From Hyphochytrium catenoides (taxonomy: Eukaryota > Protista > Hyphochytriomycota): a stretch of DNA of 64,000 nt. The notes beneath the pieces were generated by a model. That model was given only the letters and a program-made list of their open reading frames with translations, had not been told where the DNA came from and did no database searches. Below are positions 39,387 to 52,500 of this stretch, piece after piece; position 1 is the first letter of the stretch, and each line of letters opens with the position of its first letter. The DNA is taken from assembly GCA_900088475.1 (NCBI GenBank), contig FLMG01004277.1, positions 1 through 64,000 on the forward strand. The letters are read 5' to 3'. Made by a program: the position numbers and the translations under genes.

Positions 39387-40706
39387 ATGAGGCCAACGAA
39401 AGAGCTCATCAAGGCGGCCATCACCTCGACCAACCGCTTCCAGGAGATCCAAGACCTTAAGCCTCTCATCGAGCGGTTAGGTCAGGCCCAAGTCGTCATG
39501 CTGGGGGAAGCCTCTCACGGCACTCACGAATACTACGAATGGAGAGCGAGAATCTCGCAGGAGCTTATTGCAAATCATGGCTTCAGTTTTATCGCTGTGG
39601 AAGGAGACTGGCCACCATGCCACAAGGCAAACGAGTATGTCAAATGGCCCCAGCCTGGGCAGACGGCCAGGAGCGTACAAACAGAGTTCCATCGCTGGCC
39701 CACGTGGATGTGGGCGAACACTGAGACAGAAGAACTCCTAGAGTGGCTGAAAGAGTGGAACCAACAGCAAACGTCAAGGGAGAAAAAAGTAGGCTTCTAT
39801 GGCCTGGACGTCTACTCTCTTTTCGAGTCAATTGAGGAAGTGATAGATCAAGTTAAGAAATTTGATCCTCAGCTAGCAGATTCTGTCAAAGAGCGCTACG
39901 CTTGTTTTGACCGCTTCGACGAGGACGAACACGCCTACGCCCGCTCTCTTCTACGCTTTCCTGAGGGCTGCCAGAAGGGTGTGCTGAAAGCTCTCAAGGA
40001 GCTGCTACAACTCCGACTAAACGGCAGTGGAGAGAAACAAGATGCGCTCTTTGACGCTCAACAGAACGCGCGAATTGTGAAGAACGCTGAAGATTACTAT
40101 CGGACGATGGTCTTCGGGTATGAAGATTCTTGGAATGTACGGGACAGGCACATGATGGAGACGTTGGACTTACTGCTGCAAAAGCATGGACCAAACGCCA
40201 AGGCCATAGTATGGGAGCATAACACTCATATCGGCGACTATAGGGCCACGGATATGGCAAGGATGGGACAAGTCAACATAGGAGGACTGGCGAGAGAGCA
40301 ATACGGAGAAGACAAAGTTGCTTTGCTCGGGTTTGGGACCTATAAAGGCACTGTCATTGCCTCTCCCTCATGGGGTGGGCCTGTGCTGACGCTGCAGGTT
40401 CCGCCAGGGAGAGAGGACACTTATGAGGATATCTTCCATCGCGTTGCAGATATGAAGAATCTGAAGCAGTTCTATATGGTCTTTGATGAGGCTGCAAAGT
40501 CAGGCCCTCTCTCCGATGTGAGAGGACACAGAGCCATTGGTGTGGTCTACGACCCTCGACGGGAAAAGAGGGGAAATTATGTGCCGACTTCTCTGTCTAA
40601 GCGGTACGATGCCTTTATGTTTTTTGACCAGACACGAGCCTTGGAACCGCTTAAAGTACCAGTCGACGAGAGAGAGATCCCGGAGTCCTATCCCTCAGGA
40701 GTCTAG
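39387..40706 (+). CDS. Erythromycin esterase (Ere) family protein, bacterial type, intronless
   Basis: 439 aa. Motifs MLGEASHGTHEYY, IAVEGDWP, FHRWPTWMWAN, SWNVRDRHM, VWEHNTHIGD, HRAIGVVY and YVPTSLSKRYDAF. Confidence 0.93.
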   Translation: MRPTKELIKAAITSTNRFQEIQDLKPLIERLGQAQVVMLGEASHGTHEYYEWRARISQELIANHGFSFIAVEGDWPPCHKANEYVKWPQPGQTARSVQTEFHRWPTWMWANTETEELLEWLKEWNQQQTSREKKVGFYGLDVYSLFESIEEVIDQVKKFDPQLADSVKERYACFDRFDEDEHAYARSLLRFPEGCQKGVLKALKELLQLRLNGSGEKQDALFDAQQNARIVKNAEDYYRTMVFGYEDSWNVRDRHMMETLDLLLQKHGPNAKAIVWEHNTHIGDYRATDMARMGQVNIGGLAREQYGEDKVALLGFGTYKGTVIASPSWGGPVLTLQVPPGREDTYEDIFHRVADMKNLKQFYMVFDEAAKSGPLSDVRGHRAIGVVYDPRREKRGNYVPTSLSKRYDAFMFFDQTRALEPLKVPVDEREIPESYPSGV

Positions 40707-41323
40707 TTTGGCTGCTGGCAATGACCTACTGACGGAATTTGGAGTGAAAAAAGAACCGGGCAAACGAATGCATCTTAGCCTTCACAGTGCAGTTTCTCTT
40801 CAGAAGGGTCAGATGTCTTTATATTATAGCTAGGTGAAGCGTCTTCATCTCGGTCTATGTACAGATCACATAAGAGAACCTTTTGCATGTCACGTGACCC
40901 TAACGCTTCAGGGTTGGATTGACAGTTGTTGGCTCGGTCTAGGGAGTTCATTAGAGTAACAACCCCCACTTCTTCCTTTCTTCGACTTCAATTCTGCTCC
41001 CGCGCCCGCTGACACCCCTCTCCTTCCTTTCTGACGGCCGAAAGTCAGGCTATTAACAGCATTCTTGATTGTGATTCAACCACTTACACCGAAGAGATCC
41101 AGCCTACTATAGACAATTAGGCACATTATATATGGCCGGGAATGCGTGCATCGGCGATCATGTAACATCGCTCAAAAGCCTCGAACAAAGCTTGTTAGGA
41201 GACATACATACAGACCGAACGACACCTTCCCTAAGCTTACTATAAAGACTGGCGGCAGCTGTGTCGAAGGAGATGAGTGTGGAGCAGGACTGCTGGCCCT
41301 GGCTGCTTCACTAAATCAGCTCC

Positions 41324-44300
41324 TCACAACTTATACTTCTTATCCCTATGGCCATTTTTAGATACTAATTGGTTAAGAATCCTACTCTTTTCTTTCTGCC
41401 ACTTCTTCTTCTCATTAAAGAAGTAGGAAATTTTTTCTTCCGAGGGAGAATGGAAGCGGAGAGACTGCTGCAGGGCCGTCATTGTGTCAGAGTTGAACTT
41501 GAGCTCCATCTCGTCAATAATCTCCTTCCGGATCTCAAAGAGCTCGACGGCGGTGTCGCAGACAACGTTTACTGGAGATTTTTCATGTGGATCTAGGACC
41601 GCAAGCTGCAGCATAGACGTGGGTAAGGCCAACGAAGAATTCTCGACCCGTAGAGGCAAGGTAGAAGACTCGATCAGGAGAGGAGGAAGGCCCGAGTGCA
41701 TTGCAAGAGGGGGCCATGGGAGGATGATAACAAAAGGAGAAATAACGATTTGACCGGTAAAAAGCTTCAACTTGAAGCAAGAAGAAGAGTTCATAGCCTA
41801 CGCCAAGATAGAGATAAGGTAGAATTGCTCTATTGTACAGTGCTATGGCTAGAAAGGAGAGACACCGTCCAGAAATAAGTTAGGAAGTATGTACTACCTC
41901 TCCAAAGACCTGTCCAGGGGCAAGCACCCCAATTGTCAACCCTGCAGAGGCCTCCGCCGACCTCCTCCCTATATGGTGCCAACGAGCGTAAAGGGAAACG
42001 AAGAGTAAGCGTCCTGCTAGAAGTTTGAACAATCTACCGCGCACGATAGCACTAAAGTAAAGGTATGGCTGACAAGTGTGGAGCCGCATTCCTTTTTGCC
42101 TCACCCTTCATCTGCTCCTCATTAGAGGAGTCCACACTTATGGTGTTTCGCCTCCAGCCTGCATCGAGCACCCAGGAGCTCAATCCTTGCCCTTCCGTTC
42201 CTTCCCCGTCTTCGTCCACTGCAGAAGTGTTCAACAGCTTTGTGACTCTGCATACGCCTTGTTTGATGAGGAAGAGAGCAGGAATGGCCTGGTTCTGGCG
42301 AAGTAAGACGCAGGATGGTTCGAAGTTTTTGACAATTATGGCGCTGGAGAGCCTCAAGAGCTTCGAATACGTCCAGGTCTTAAAAATTCTGAACTTCTGC
42401 AGAGCTTCCACTCTCTGCCTCACAATCCTATCTTCATGTCTCCCTAGAGCGTGGTGATATGCATCAAAGTCCAGTTCAAGCAGCTCACAACCATGCTCCG
42501 TCATCACAGAGGCTGTCCTCTTCCTATTTGTTTGCTGCAGACCAACGTTGCCAAAGGAATCTCCAGCGTAGAGAAGTTTGAGGAGGACCAGCTTGGTCTT
42601 GTTGAGCTCAGGGTTCTCTTCTCTTATCTCTTTCACCACCGATACTGTTCCCTTAAGGATGATAAAAAGAGCTTCTGCTTTGTCTCCTTCATGGAAGACA
42701 TAGCTATTCCTTGGGTACACACTGAGAGTTATGGCGCGTGATATGGATCGTACAGTCTCCGGGGACAGATTGTCAAAGAACGCGATGCGTTTGAAGGACT
42801 TCTGCAGGCGCTTTATGTCCTCATCACTTCTGCTGACGGGATCCTAGGGAGCATTCAGTGGCAACAGGAATGGTTGAGAAAAGAACATAAGTGAGTGAGA
42901 AATGGCAAGCAAAGCCCAGAGGCACAGGAGTTCTCACGAGCTTAGGCAAAGCGGAACACTAACTGGTCGCCATGCCTGCAGAGTAAAAGCAATACTCTAA
43001 TCGGACTTACCATTTTAAGGACGCCATAGCCGTCAAAGTCCTGATCATCTTCAGGGAGTCGCTGCGGCTCTTCAACTCTTGAAGAGGTAGTGGCGGGGTG
43101 GAGGCCTCGGGCCACTCTTCTAAGAGCAAAAATATCCTTGGTGGCTTCGTCAAATTTGCCTATCTTTCTTAGTAACGTCGCCCTAAACTCATAGAACGCC
43201 TTGTTGGTGGGTTCATTTTTAATGGCGAGGTCTAGGTCGTTAAGGGCCTCCGACATGAACCCTAGCTGCCAGAGGCAGCCTGCCCGGTTAAAGAAGGCAG
43301 CTCCACATTCCGGTTTCAGTTGAATGGCTTCCGTGTAGTCCTATGAGGCCAAATAGCAAGAAAAGTGCAAAAGAATAGAGTTAAAAGACGAGCTAATGAG
43401 TGATGTCAAAGCGCGAGACACCCTTACGAGCAGGGCGGAAGAAAGCCAAAACACATCAGCGCTTCCAGGAAAGGACAGAGATAGCTCTAGCGACCTTCTC
43501 ACGCCGGATAAGAACAGAGACGGGTACCTTCATACTAACGAGCCGTGCAAATGAGTAGTCGAGAACAAGTGCCCTGCTGGTTACTAACCTGTATGGCGAG
43601 TTCGTACTGACTGAGTCTCTGCATAGCGTAGGCTCTCAGGAAGAAATATCTAAACCTTCTGTGGGCATTGGCCCCACTGCTGTCCTTTATCGAGCGGATC
43701 AAGCTTGTAGCAGTTGCGACAGACTTTTTAAAGTGCTCTGGCGTGCGCTGCTGCATCCCCCTTGCAGAAAGAGCGCCATCTTCCCCTTGAAACAGCTCTA
43801 TGGCAGGGAACATTTTCAAGGTGATGCTGTTCAGTTCCTTCCGTTCTGCAATGTAAGTATCTGAGAGCACGTCCTCAATTGATGCCAGCGTGAGAGAAGA
43901 ACGACGGCGGCTTGTAGATAGCTGGTTTTCTGTTAATAGGGCGAAGGACCGAAAAATGTGGCATTAGTCGAATGAGTAGAAGACAAGCTGTTCATGCATT
44001 CAAAAGACGAGAAGTCACATGCGCTGCCAAATACGACGAGCAAACACTTATGTAAGAGAGGAGGCGATAATAGGAAGAAGGTAGCGTAGCAAGCGGGAAC
44101 TGTTAAACCTAAGCAGATGCGACCCTTTTGCTCACCTCCTGAACCTATGGAGATCCTGGGATAGCATATTGAGGCAAGGCGCTTCCGTCGCTCAGCGGCA
44201 GTTTCTGTCAATCGCAATCGGTCAAAGGAAGAAGGATTGAAAAAAAGCGGGAACGAACAAGAGAAGGAAGACAGCGTCATAAGGACAGAAGATAGCCAGC

Positions 44301-44728
44301 CTTCAATAGTTGAGATTCTGCTTTAACTTACTCTTCGGACTAGGTCGAGGCTTCACTAGCCAAGGATCCAACCCTTCCTTGCCGCCTACAAGAGAACCAG
44401 GAGGATAGAAAGGGATAGAAGTGAGAACCCTGAGAATTAGGAGAAGAGAAGGAGGGAATATGAGCAGAGCTCATGTCTTAGTGAACATAAAGAACTCACT
44501 CAGCTCTTTCTTGTGCTGCAGCTTTGTCCTCACGGCTTTTGCTTCGACCCCCACAATTTTCTGCAGCTGTACCAGAGTAGACCGTCTGGTTGGTTTCCTG
44601 GGAGGCTTTACGCCATACATTTGCTCCTTGGGGACTGTTTCCACTTTCACATCGTCCCCAAACTCTCCGGTGCTAGCTCTGTCAGAAGGAGTCAGAGGCG
44701 GGGAAGGAGTTCGTCTTGCGTCCTCCAT
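41324..44728 (-). CDS. TPR-repeat protein with two cyclic-nucleotide-binding domains, multi-exon
   Basis: TPR-like segments: YFFLRAYAMQRLSQYELAIQ, DYTEAIQLKPECGAAFFNRAGCLWQLG, EALNDLDLAIKNEP. CNB1: VFHEGDKAEALFIILKGTV...GDSFGNVGL...RTASV. CNB2: LFLIKQGVC...GQVFGELAVL. Confidence 0.85.
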
Positions 44729-45863
44729 TGGAAAGTAGCTGTGGCTATTGCCGCAATGTCCTTCTCTACGTAGTGCCGAGACCTGTTGTCATCTCCTCCA
44801 TGCTGCCGGAAGAGACAAGAGAGAAAGGTGGGCCGCCATTCCAGGTAGAGATCTCTCTATTGCCGCTACGCAGGCCCTCCTTATCTTGCTAAATCGTTAT
44901 GTGAACATAGGAGAGAATATAGAATCTACGAATAAATAAGCGATCTACAGTTCAGTCACTGCAGGCTTGGAGGGTGGCGTGTATCAGACACCTGGACACC
45001 TCTGACAAATCTGGGACCCAGGTTAAGGACGAGAGGCTGCTGGGAAACGCTATGCCAGCGAGACGTGCGGTAAGCGACAGAAGTCTCGGAGAGATGACTG
45101 ATGGTGCCATCGCCTCGGAGAGACGACGCATATCAGGACCACAGGGCATCTATAGGACAAAGGGCACACGTGACCAAAGAGACGACGGAGGGAGAGAAGA
45201 AGGTAGCGAAGAGAGGAGAGACAGGCTTCTGGTGGCTCTATCCTCAGCTCCCTGGCCCATGCCCAAGCAGAGCAAGCCTAACAGGTGAACTGCGGCAGTG
45301 GCGGAGACTGGCCAAGACTTTTGACCTATCAGCCAGTCTGCTACCCATCATCCCTGACACCCACCACCAATAGTAGTAAAACCGCTTATATGTTGGGATT
45401 CTTCTAAATAGATAGAGCGTAATAATACTTCAACTTGCGGAGCTGACAGTTTCGGAGGTAAATTTCGCAGTTTTTTGACCTGTATAATTCGCAGTTAGTG
45501 TGCCTTAACCCCTACTTTGGCAAGTATAAATGTAAATTGACTTAGCCCTTCGTCACCAGTTCAAAAGTTTGACGAGAGCCCAGAAGCTGTTCGCATCTGC
45601 GGCTCGTCGAGATCGCGCTCTGGAGGTGAAGTTTATATTTTATCGAGGTCAAGGTCGGCGTTATCGTGATGGCTCTTGCCTGCTTCTGGACGTGGACAGT
45701 TCCTGACTTTCTCAGTGCAGCCTTCCCACTGTCGCGTCCTCGGATGACAAAGACTCTTGGACCTGGCCCTGACTAGCTCTGAAGATCGCATGTTCTACCC
45801 TTAACGGTGATTTTGTCGGCGGCTTCTGCTTTTCTGGAAATTTTATCGTTTTGCGTAAGGAAG

Positions 45864-47784
45864 ATGGCAGGCGTCGTTTCAAAGGTCTTCACCTATGAAT
45901 CCCTCGTCCATGCTGTCGCTGGTGCAACGGTAGGTGTGCAACTTAATCATCGTCGAAGCTTTGGGGTGCTAAACGCCGTCCTGTCTTTTCCTTAACAGGG
46001 TGGCGGGGTGGCGATGGGTACCCTCTACCCGCTGGACCAAGTACGTCTAGTACTGCAAGGTAATGCTAGGCTGGCGTGGTAGAACAGAACTCTTATTCAA
46101 GGCTGACTCTTGCAAACGTAGTTGAAGACAAGACACCCAAGAAACGAGGGAAGTCTAAGAACTCCTTCATCAGCGCGCTGAAGGATATTGTTGAGGAGAG
46201 AGGGTTCAGCTTCTTGTATCAGGGACACTTCTCCACTCAGGTTTCTATGGGTGTCTCGAATTTCCTCTATTTCTATTGGTAAGTCCCTTGGTCCATAGCT
46301 CGATGTAAGATCCGCATTATACTGACTTCCCTTATGCTTGTCAGCTATAATGGTCTTAAAGCTGCAACAGAGGAGTATATGAAGAGAAATAAGGGCTCAA
46401 AGGCAGCAGAAGCTGCCCCCCTAATGAACCTTCTTCTGGCAACAATATCAGGTCATAAATTTCTTTCAGGTTTTCCACACATTTTTCCCTGCAGCGCACC
46501 TCTTCCTGTCGTTCTGGGACGTGTGTGTCGATATCAATCAAAATGCCAAAAGGATATATACTGAATGGGATGGACTCATCAACACCCCACAGGCCTATTG
46601 AACGTCTTTGCAACTGCTCCATTCTGGGCAATCAACACGAGACTGAAAGCAGATAAGACAAAGGAGTACAAGGGCATAATTGGTAAGAAGGGTTAAACGG
46701 CACAAGCAGGGCCTATTAGGTCATCTTTGAGTCGTTCCATTTACTAGCTCTCCAAGGCCCTTGTTTTTATATCCTCAATTGGGAGGAACTGCTTCCACCT
46801 TTGGGGCTTCGTTAACCTGCCTACTTTGATGCCTACTTACTTCATTCTTTCAGCTTTGGGCCACGAATCTCACCTTTCTCCTCACCTGAGCAGACTGTGC
46901 CACGAAGATTGTCAATAATGAAGGTGTCTTAGCTTTATGGAACGGGACACTTCCCTCTGTCGTGTTGGTTAGCAACCCTGTGATTAACTATTTCGTCTAT
47001 GATATGCTTAAGGAGCGCCTGGGAACACTAAAAAAAGCCGGTAGGAAAAATATCCCAACGAGACTCCATCGTGCTGAAACAGGCTAACGGCGCTGTTTGA
47101 CCTGCCCTCTGTCCTAGCCGGCAAGAGTCTGGGACCTCTAGACTTCTTTTTGATTGGAGTCTGTGCCAAAAGTATCGCCACGGTCTTAACCTACCCACTC
47201 CAGGTGGCGCAATCGAGGATGAGGGTTCGCCCTCAGGGAGACTCGAAGGTCTGACCTGCTCAGGACAGCTTATTGTTCCATGCGCACACTAGAACGTTCG
47301 GCTTGTGTCGTCTTTCTGCACCGTGCCCACCGTCTTCTTTCCTTTAATTCTACGTGGCCACCTTCATCCTCGTTCCCATCTCTTCCAGTCTATTGATGAC
47401 GTGGAGCCTTACAGCTATGCTACCATCACGCTCCCTTAGGATTCAGCCAAAGTCAAAGCTGCTCAGCTGGGAATGATCCAGTGCCTACAGCAGATCTATC
47501 GGTAAGCTACAGCTTCTTTTGACTAATCTCCGGCTTGGATCCGTATAAGCTTTACGTCTTAACGCTGCTATTTTAAGACCTGCTATGATTCCCAAGTCTC
47601 TTACACTCCTGTTGTATATTCTAGTCAAAAGGGATTCAGCGGCCTTTTTGTGGGCATGGAGACCAAGCTACTTCTGACTGTCTCTATGGCGGCGTTCCAG
47701 ATGATGACTTATGAACAGATTGTTGCGCTAGTATTCTCGATAATGATGCGGGGAAAGAACAAACCCACCGCAGCGGCGAAATAG
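45864..47784 (+). CDS. PMP34: Mitochondrial-carrier-family peroxisomal transporter (PMP34/SLC25A17-like), multi-exon
   Basis: YESLVHAVAGA, YPLDQVRLVLQ, VSNFLYFYW, APFWAINTRLK, LWNGTLPSVVLVSNPVINYFVYD, AKSIATVLTYPLQVAQSRMR and GMETKLLLTV; three carrier repeats. Confidence 0.88.
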
Positions 47785-48129
47785 AGCTTCTAACGTAAAC
47801 AAGAGGAGCACTTTCCCCACCCGTGCACGTCTTGCATTATTTTATTTTGGCCTTCTAACGACGTTCGGTTACACCTTTCGCATTGTCTACGACCCAATGC
47901 ACGTCATAGCTGCGTAGCCGTATGGAGAAATTGATGGATGAACTGAAAAGGTCAAGCACGATTGCACTTAAGCATGCAGCGGGATCGGAGCGGCAAAGAT
48001 CGTCAATTATATACTAAAGACTATGTCATTGTGTGGTTTTACTCACAAGGCGGACACATCTGTCTGGAGGTAGCTCTTGTGGGAGCCATGGAAGGCATCA
48101 CTGTGCACATAAATATGGAGTTGAAGGGC

Positions 48130-48647
48130 TTAAGCAGTTCCAGATGCGCAGCCGCAGCCCCCAGGCTTTCCGCAGCCCTCTGTGTTCGGTGTCAGTGGCG
48201 TGTCTGAGTGCACAACCTGTACTTCTTCATCCTTCCTGAACTTCTGTCTGTGGTCTTCGTTGAACTCAACCTCTGAACAGTGAGCGACTAAGCAACGTGC
48301 AATCGATTGTTGGCCGATTAAGGTACTGTTCGCTCACCGTAATTTCCCCTGTTGTTAAGATTGCCTTGTACCACGTGAAACTTCAAAAACTCATCAACTT
48401 CGTCCACACCAGCAAGAAGCTTGCCTGCAAAAGGCTATTAGGTACGTATTGGCTCGTGCACCAGGCGGCTCGAAGTCTTACCAATCTCATTTGGGTCAGA
48501 GACATTCTTATTGGCAGTAAACTGATCTCTGATCTGCTTCCTGGCCTCTTCTATAGCATACGCATCTCCTCGAAAGGTCGTCCTGGTCGTCTTTAAAAGT
48601 CGGCGGTAGCCACCGAGAACTCCTGATCTAAGGGCATTACTCGTCAT
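48130..48647 (-). CDS. LYRM7: LYR-motif complex III assembly factor (LYRM7/MZM1-like), 3 exons
   Basis: GYRRLLKTTRTTFRGDAYAIEEARKQIRDQF; exon 2 LLAGVDEVDEFLKFHVVQG; Cys-containing tail GCGKPGGCGCASGTA*. Confidence 0.82.
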
Positions 48648-49594
48648 TATCCGTGCTGCAATGCTTTAATCGTCTTCTATCTTGCTCTGCACCGGATTTC
48701 CAAAGCCGACTAAGAGCCTATAAACCTTGACTGAGATCCAAGAATTTGCAGGCAGGAAGCTCAGCGAAGAGGCAGGAGGCGCACTCTAATGACCGAAGAC
48801 CAAGCTGCCTTGCATTGCAGAAAGGTGATGTGGCAGAGCGCGACATTGGCCTCGAGTGCCCGACTGGCTCTGACACTGCGCACATCGGACTCGGCGGCCT
48901 TGTTCAGGTTGGGTTGGCCGAATTTAACTGAAAGCTTCATCAGGAGAAGCCTTCGTTTTCTTTATTATGCATGGATTTTATCTTATAGCTCTCACTGAAT
49001 TATTCGAAACATTCCGAACTGTACGCTACCAGGAACTAAGAAATGCACAACCCTCCCTCCCTACGACTGTCATCATCGCAGAAATCAATCAACCTGAATG
49101 TGTTTCTAAGGGCTTTCCGCCGGGAAAAGCACTAAAGCTGGCATATTCATGTTTCTAGGGCAATCCTCTGGGGCTTTCAGCAGGCTAAAAGCGCTATTGG
49201 AGCCTTATGAGGGGCCTTCAGGTGCCGCTGTGCAAAACACACAAAAGAGGCAAGAAAGCTGAGAAATAATTGCGTTTGGACTGCTCTGGCTGCGATAAGA
49301 ATCGCCGTTTTTTGGGAGAAAAGCTCCAACTTGACAGCAGGGCTCAGCTCCCTTCCTATATATGTAGGTTTGCATAGAAGTAGTCAGTGAACCTGGGGCC
49401 AACTGAAGGTATTGCTGCGCGAGAAGAGTGCTGTGCTCTCTACCGAGTAGGTGCTTGTCCTTTATTGGTAAGGACGCTAAAGCTTGAGGAGACGTCCATG
49501 TGCCGATCTTGAACTCTTATCTGGGTGAGTCAGCGACGCTGGACGCGGGTCTGAATTGCCATGGGGCCGCAGCACAGCTCTTGACATAATTGCA

Positions 49595-52500
49595 ATGCGA
49601 CCACTGAGAAGTAGGATGTATGCCGCAGTCTGGCTGGCAGTCCTGGGCTTGCCTTGCCTACTGCAAAGCGTATATGGCCTATGTGAGACCTGCCAGGACC
49701 CGAAGCAGTGCTGGCATGAAGCGTCCAAGAGCTGCAAACCTTTTTTGACGGAGCCTGCCTGCCCTGCATCATTCCGTCCATGCAGTAAGTGTTCTCTCAT
49801 CTCCACCTACTTCTTTTTGGTCAAGCTCTAACTTCATTTTGACAAAGCCTGGGGTAAGAGGTGCTTCGGGAACGATGGACCTTGCATTGACCCCGGAACA
49901 GGGGTTTGCTACCCCTATCAAACTCATGCCATGTGTGGGCCAAACCTCGTAGAGGGTGAGCTGCTATTTCTCTTCCTTCTTCTAATTGTATGCTCGTCAC
50001 ACTTAAGCGCTAGAAGTCCATGTCCCGCGGTCAACCTTAGAACCTTCTCTTACTGCATATGTCAAGGACTCAGGTGTCCTTCCTATCATCCTCGGGCAGC
50101 CATTCTGTCCCCTCTTCCTGCTGCTTTCTCCTCTCGTTACTAATCGGTCCTGTATACGTAGCGGTCTGCGAGAGCTGCACAGGTGGAACGACAGGGCGAT
50201 GTCAACACCCCTTGACAAATGCGTGTCAAGACTTTTCTGAACAAGTTTGTCCAGACAACACAGTCAGCTGTGGTAGGCCCAACTCTACTCCTTGCCCCGC
50301 CTTGTGCCCTCTACGGCTATACCTTCCTAGCGCTTACATCTTTCGCGATGTTTTAATGTCTGGGTATTTCTCTAGTTCCGACAGCGGTGGCCTGCGTTGG
50401 TGGCCATGAGAGCTGTAGGAATCCCGCAAACGTATGCCAGTTTGGCGATGGAACCTGCGTTGCAAAGTCTGGCACAAGATGCCCCGAGGGTAGTGGGATC
50501 TGCGGTATGAGCTCTATCAGTTGGGCCGTATCTTGTCTTGGATACTGAGAGAGTCGCCTTGCAGACAAGCTTTCTTATCGCTGTAATACCAAGACTTTCC
50601 AGTGTGAAATAGCGCCCAGAAGGCCATCACAGAACGAGGCACTCTTTGGGACGTTCGCCGATTGCGAAAATAACTGCTGTATGTACTCTTCTACGTTGTC
50701 CAGGCGTGTTTGGCACTTCTCCTCTTGTTTCCTGGCTCGTTAAAAAGTGGGTTATTTGGCATTCCTATTCGCGTCAGGTTCAAGTTCTTTCTGCCCGAGC
50801 TGCCTCTTCATTTGCTCCTAGGGGATTGGCAATCTCCTACATCTTTGGTCTTGGATCACCTATCTTGGTCCTCGGCTGCGTTTGCCTTCGTCACTTCTAC
50901 CCGTTTCTGAGGACTAAGAGGTATCGAGCACAACCGATGGTACTGACCACTCTCTAGTTTACTACCGATGCATAGGCGGTCAGTGCGTTCCAAACGGGGA
51001 TATGCAAAGTCGTGACGGGCAGACTCTTTCGAATTGTAGGAAAAGCTGCGGCTGTGGACCGCGTAATTCCTGTAAAGGGAGCACCTTCGGACCCTTCCAA
51101 ATCACCGCTGGAGAATTTTCTAAAGAGTGCTCGCCTGTGGAGGTTCCAGGCGTACAAATGGAGAAGTGCAATGCAGCAGACAGTAAGACTTCTTTATGCT
51201 AGACGAGGAGCATCGTTGACATGAGCAATCTAGTTGGCACCTATCTCTTCTCGTTCTTGACCAAACGACGAAATGCCGCAGTCTAATGGCTTCTTGATAG
51301 ATGTGGACGCGGTGTACAAGAGCAGGCCATTATTCCTATTGTCAGACATCCAGGGGGCCAACGACATTCGTAAGTTAAAAGTGGCAAATGCAGCAGCTTG
51401 TGTTCGGTGTCCTCTTCCTTGACAGTTCGTTCGTTGCTGACATTCTTTGCCTTGAATTAGGATTTCGGTCTTTTGGACTTCTTCCGCCCTTTGAATCTTG
51501 ACCATCCGTCCTGCCTTGCAGCCGCTTCCGGGGGGTGTCTTTTTGGTTGACATTTTGTCCTTTGCTGACAGTGTTTGCTTTAAGTTAAGATGCCTGTGAT
51601 TCTGACACTTCTTCCGCCCGTTGTACCTCTACTATCCGACCTCCCTTGCAGCCGCTTGTCGGGGATGTGGAAACGGAGGTGATTTTGGCGATACTTCCCC
51701 ATGGCAGCTTTATTGTGAAAGCAGTCCCTCCTCTAACTCTTCAACCCTAACGTGCACTCGCCTGAATACTGGGGTGACGTCTCCAATCTGCCCAAGTAGC
51801 TTTCGTCTCTGCCAAGGTGAGACACATTGTAGAGAGAGCCATAGACGGTTGCAGAAACGTATGTTAGTGAAAGCGAGACCTATCCGCCAAAACTGGACTC
51901 ATTCGTGAGACATGTAGCAGACTGTAACAGATGAGGAAGCAAGACAAATCGCACTGAGCTTGGGATACCTCGTATCTCACCATTCTTGCGCCTTTTGCAG
52001 TGAATCCCAACAAATACTCCCTCCTTCCGTTCTCGGCAAATCCTGGGGCAGTGACAGACGTTTCGTTCACTTATACCGTCGGTGACTTGACGAAGACCTA
52101 TGTCGGAGGAACTTCTTGTCTATCTTTGGCCTTGCCCGAAGGCTGGTATGTCTCAGAGGCAGACCCTCTTGCATGCAAGGCGAGAAGTATAGAAGGGTCT
52201 GCACCGTCATGCGTTGTCCCTTGTCGTCTCTCTTCCCCATCGACCATTGAGGTCAGGGTCGGAGGAGACACTTGCGTGAGGGGAGTTCCGGAGGGCGGAA
52301 GCGTCACTGTCACTATCTCAAAGCTCGGGCTTCCAAGAACGAACACTAGTAAAGAACAGACCCTACTTAAGGTTGGCGAGTGTGGTGGAAGGAGGCTTTC
52401 ATCCACACTTATAAGCTTCTGGGATGGCCCTGATGTACGGAGGTATGCCCATCTTCCCCTCTACTCCCAACCCGACACTTCCTGCGATCTCCGGTCATTC

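Noticed and set aside
24680-40706. Bacterial contamination as the explanation for the intron-free genes
   Set aside because: There is no operon packing, spacers carry the same GA-rich tracts as host DNA, and both ends join spliced genes without gaps. It is not formally excluded without reads.
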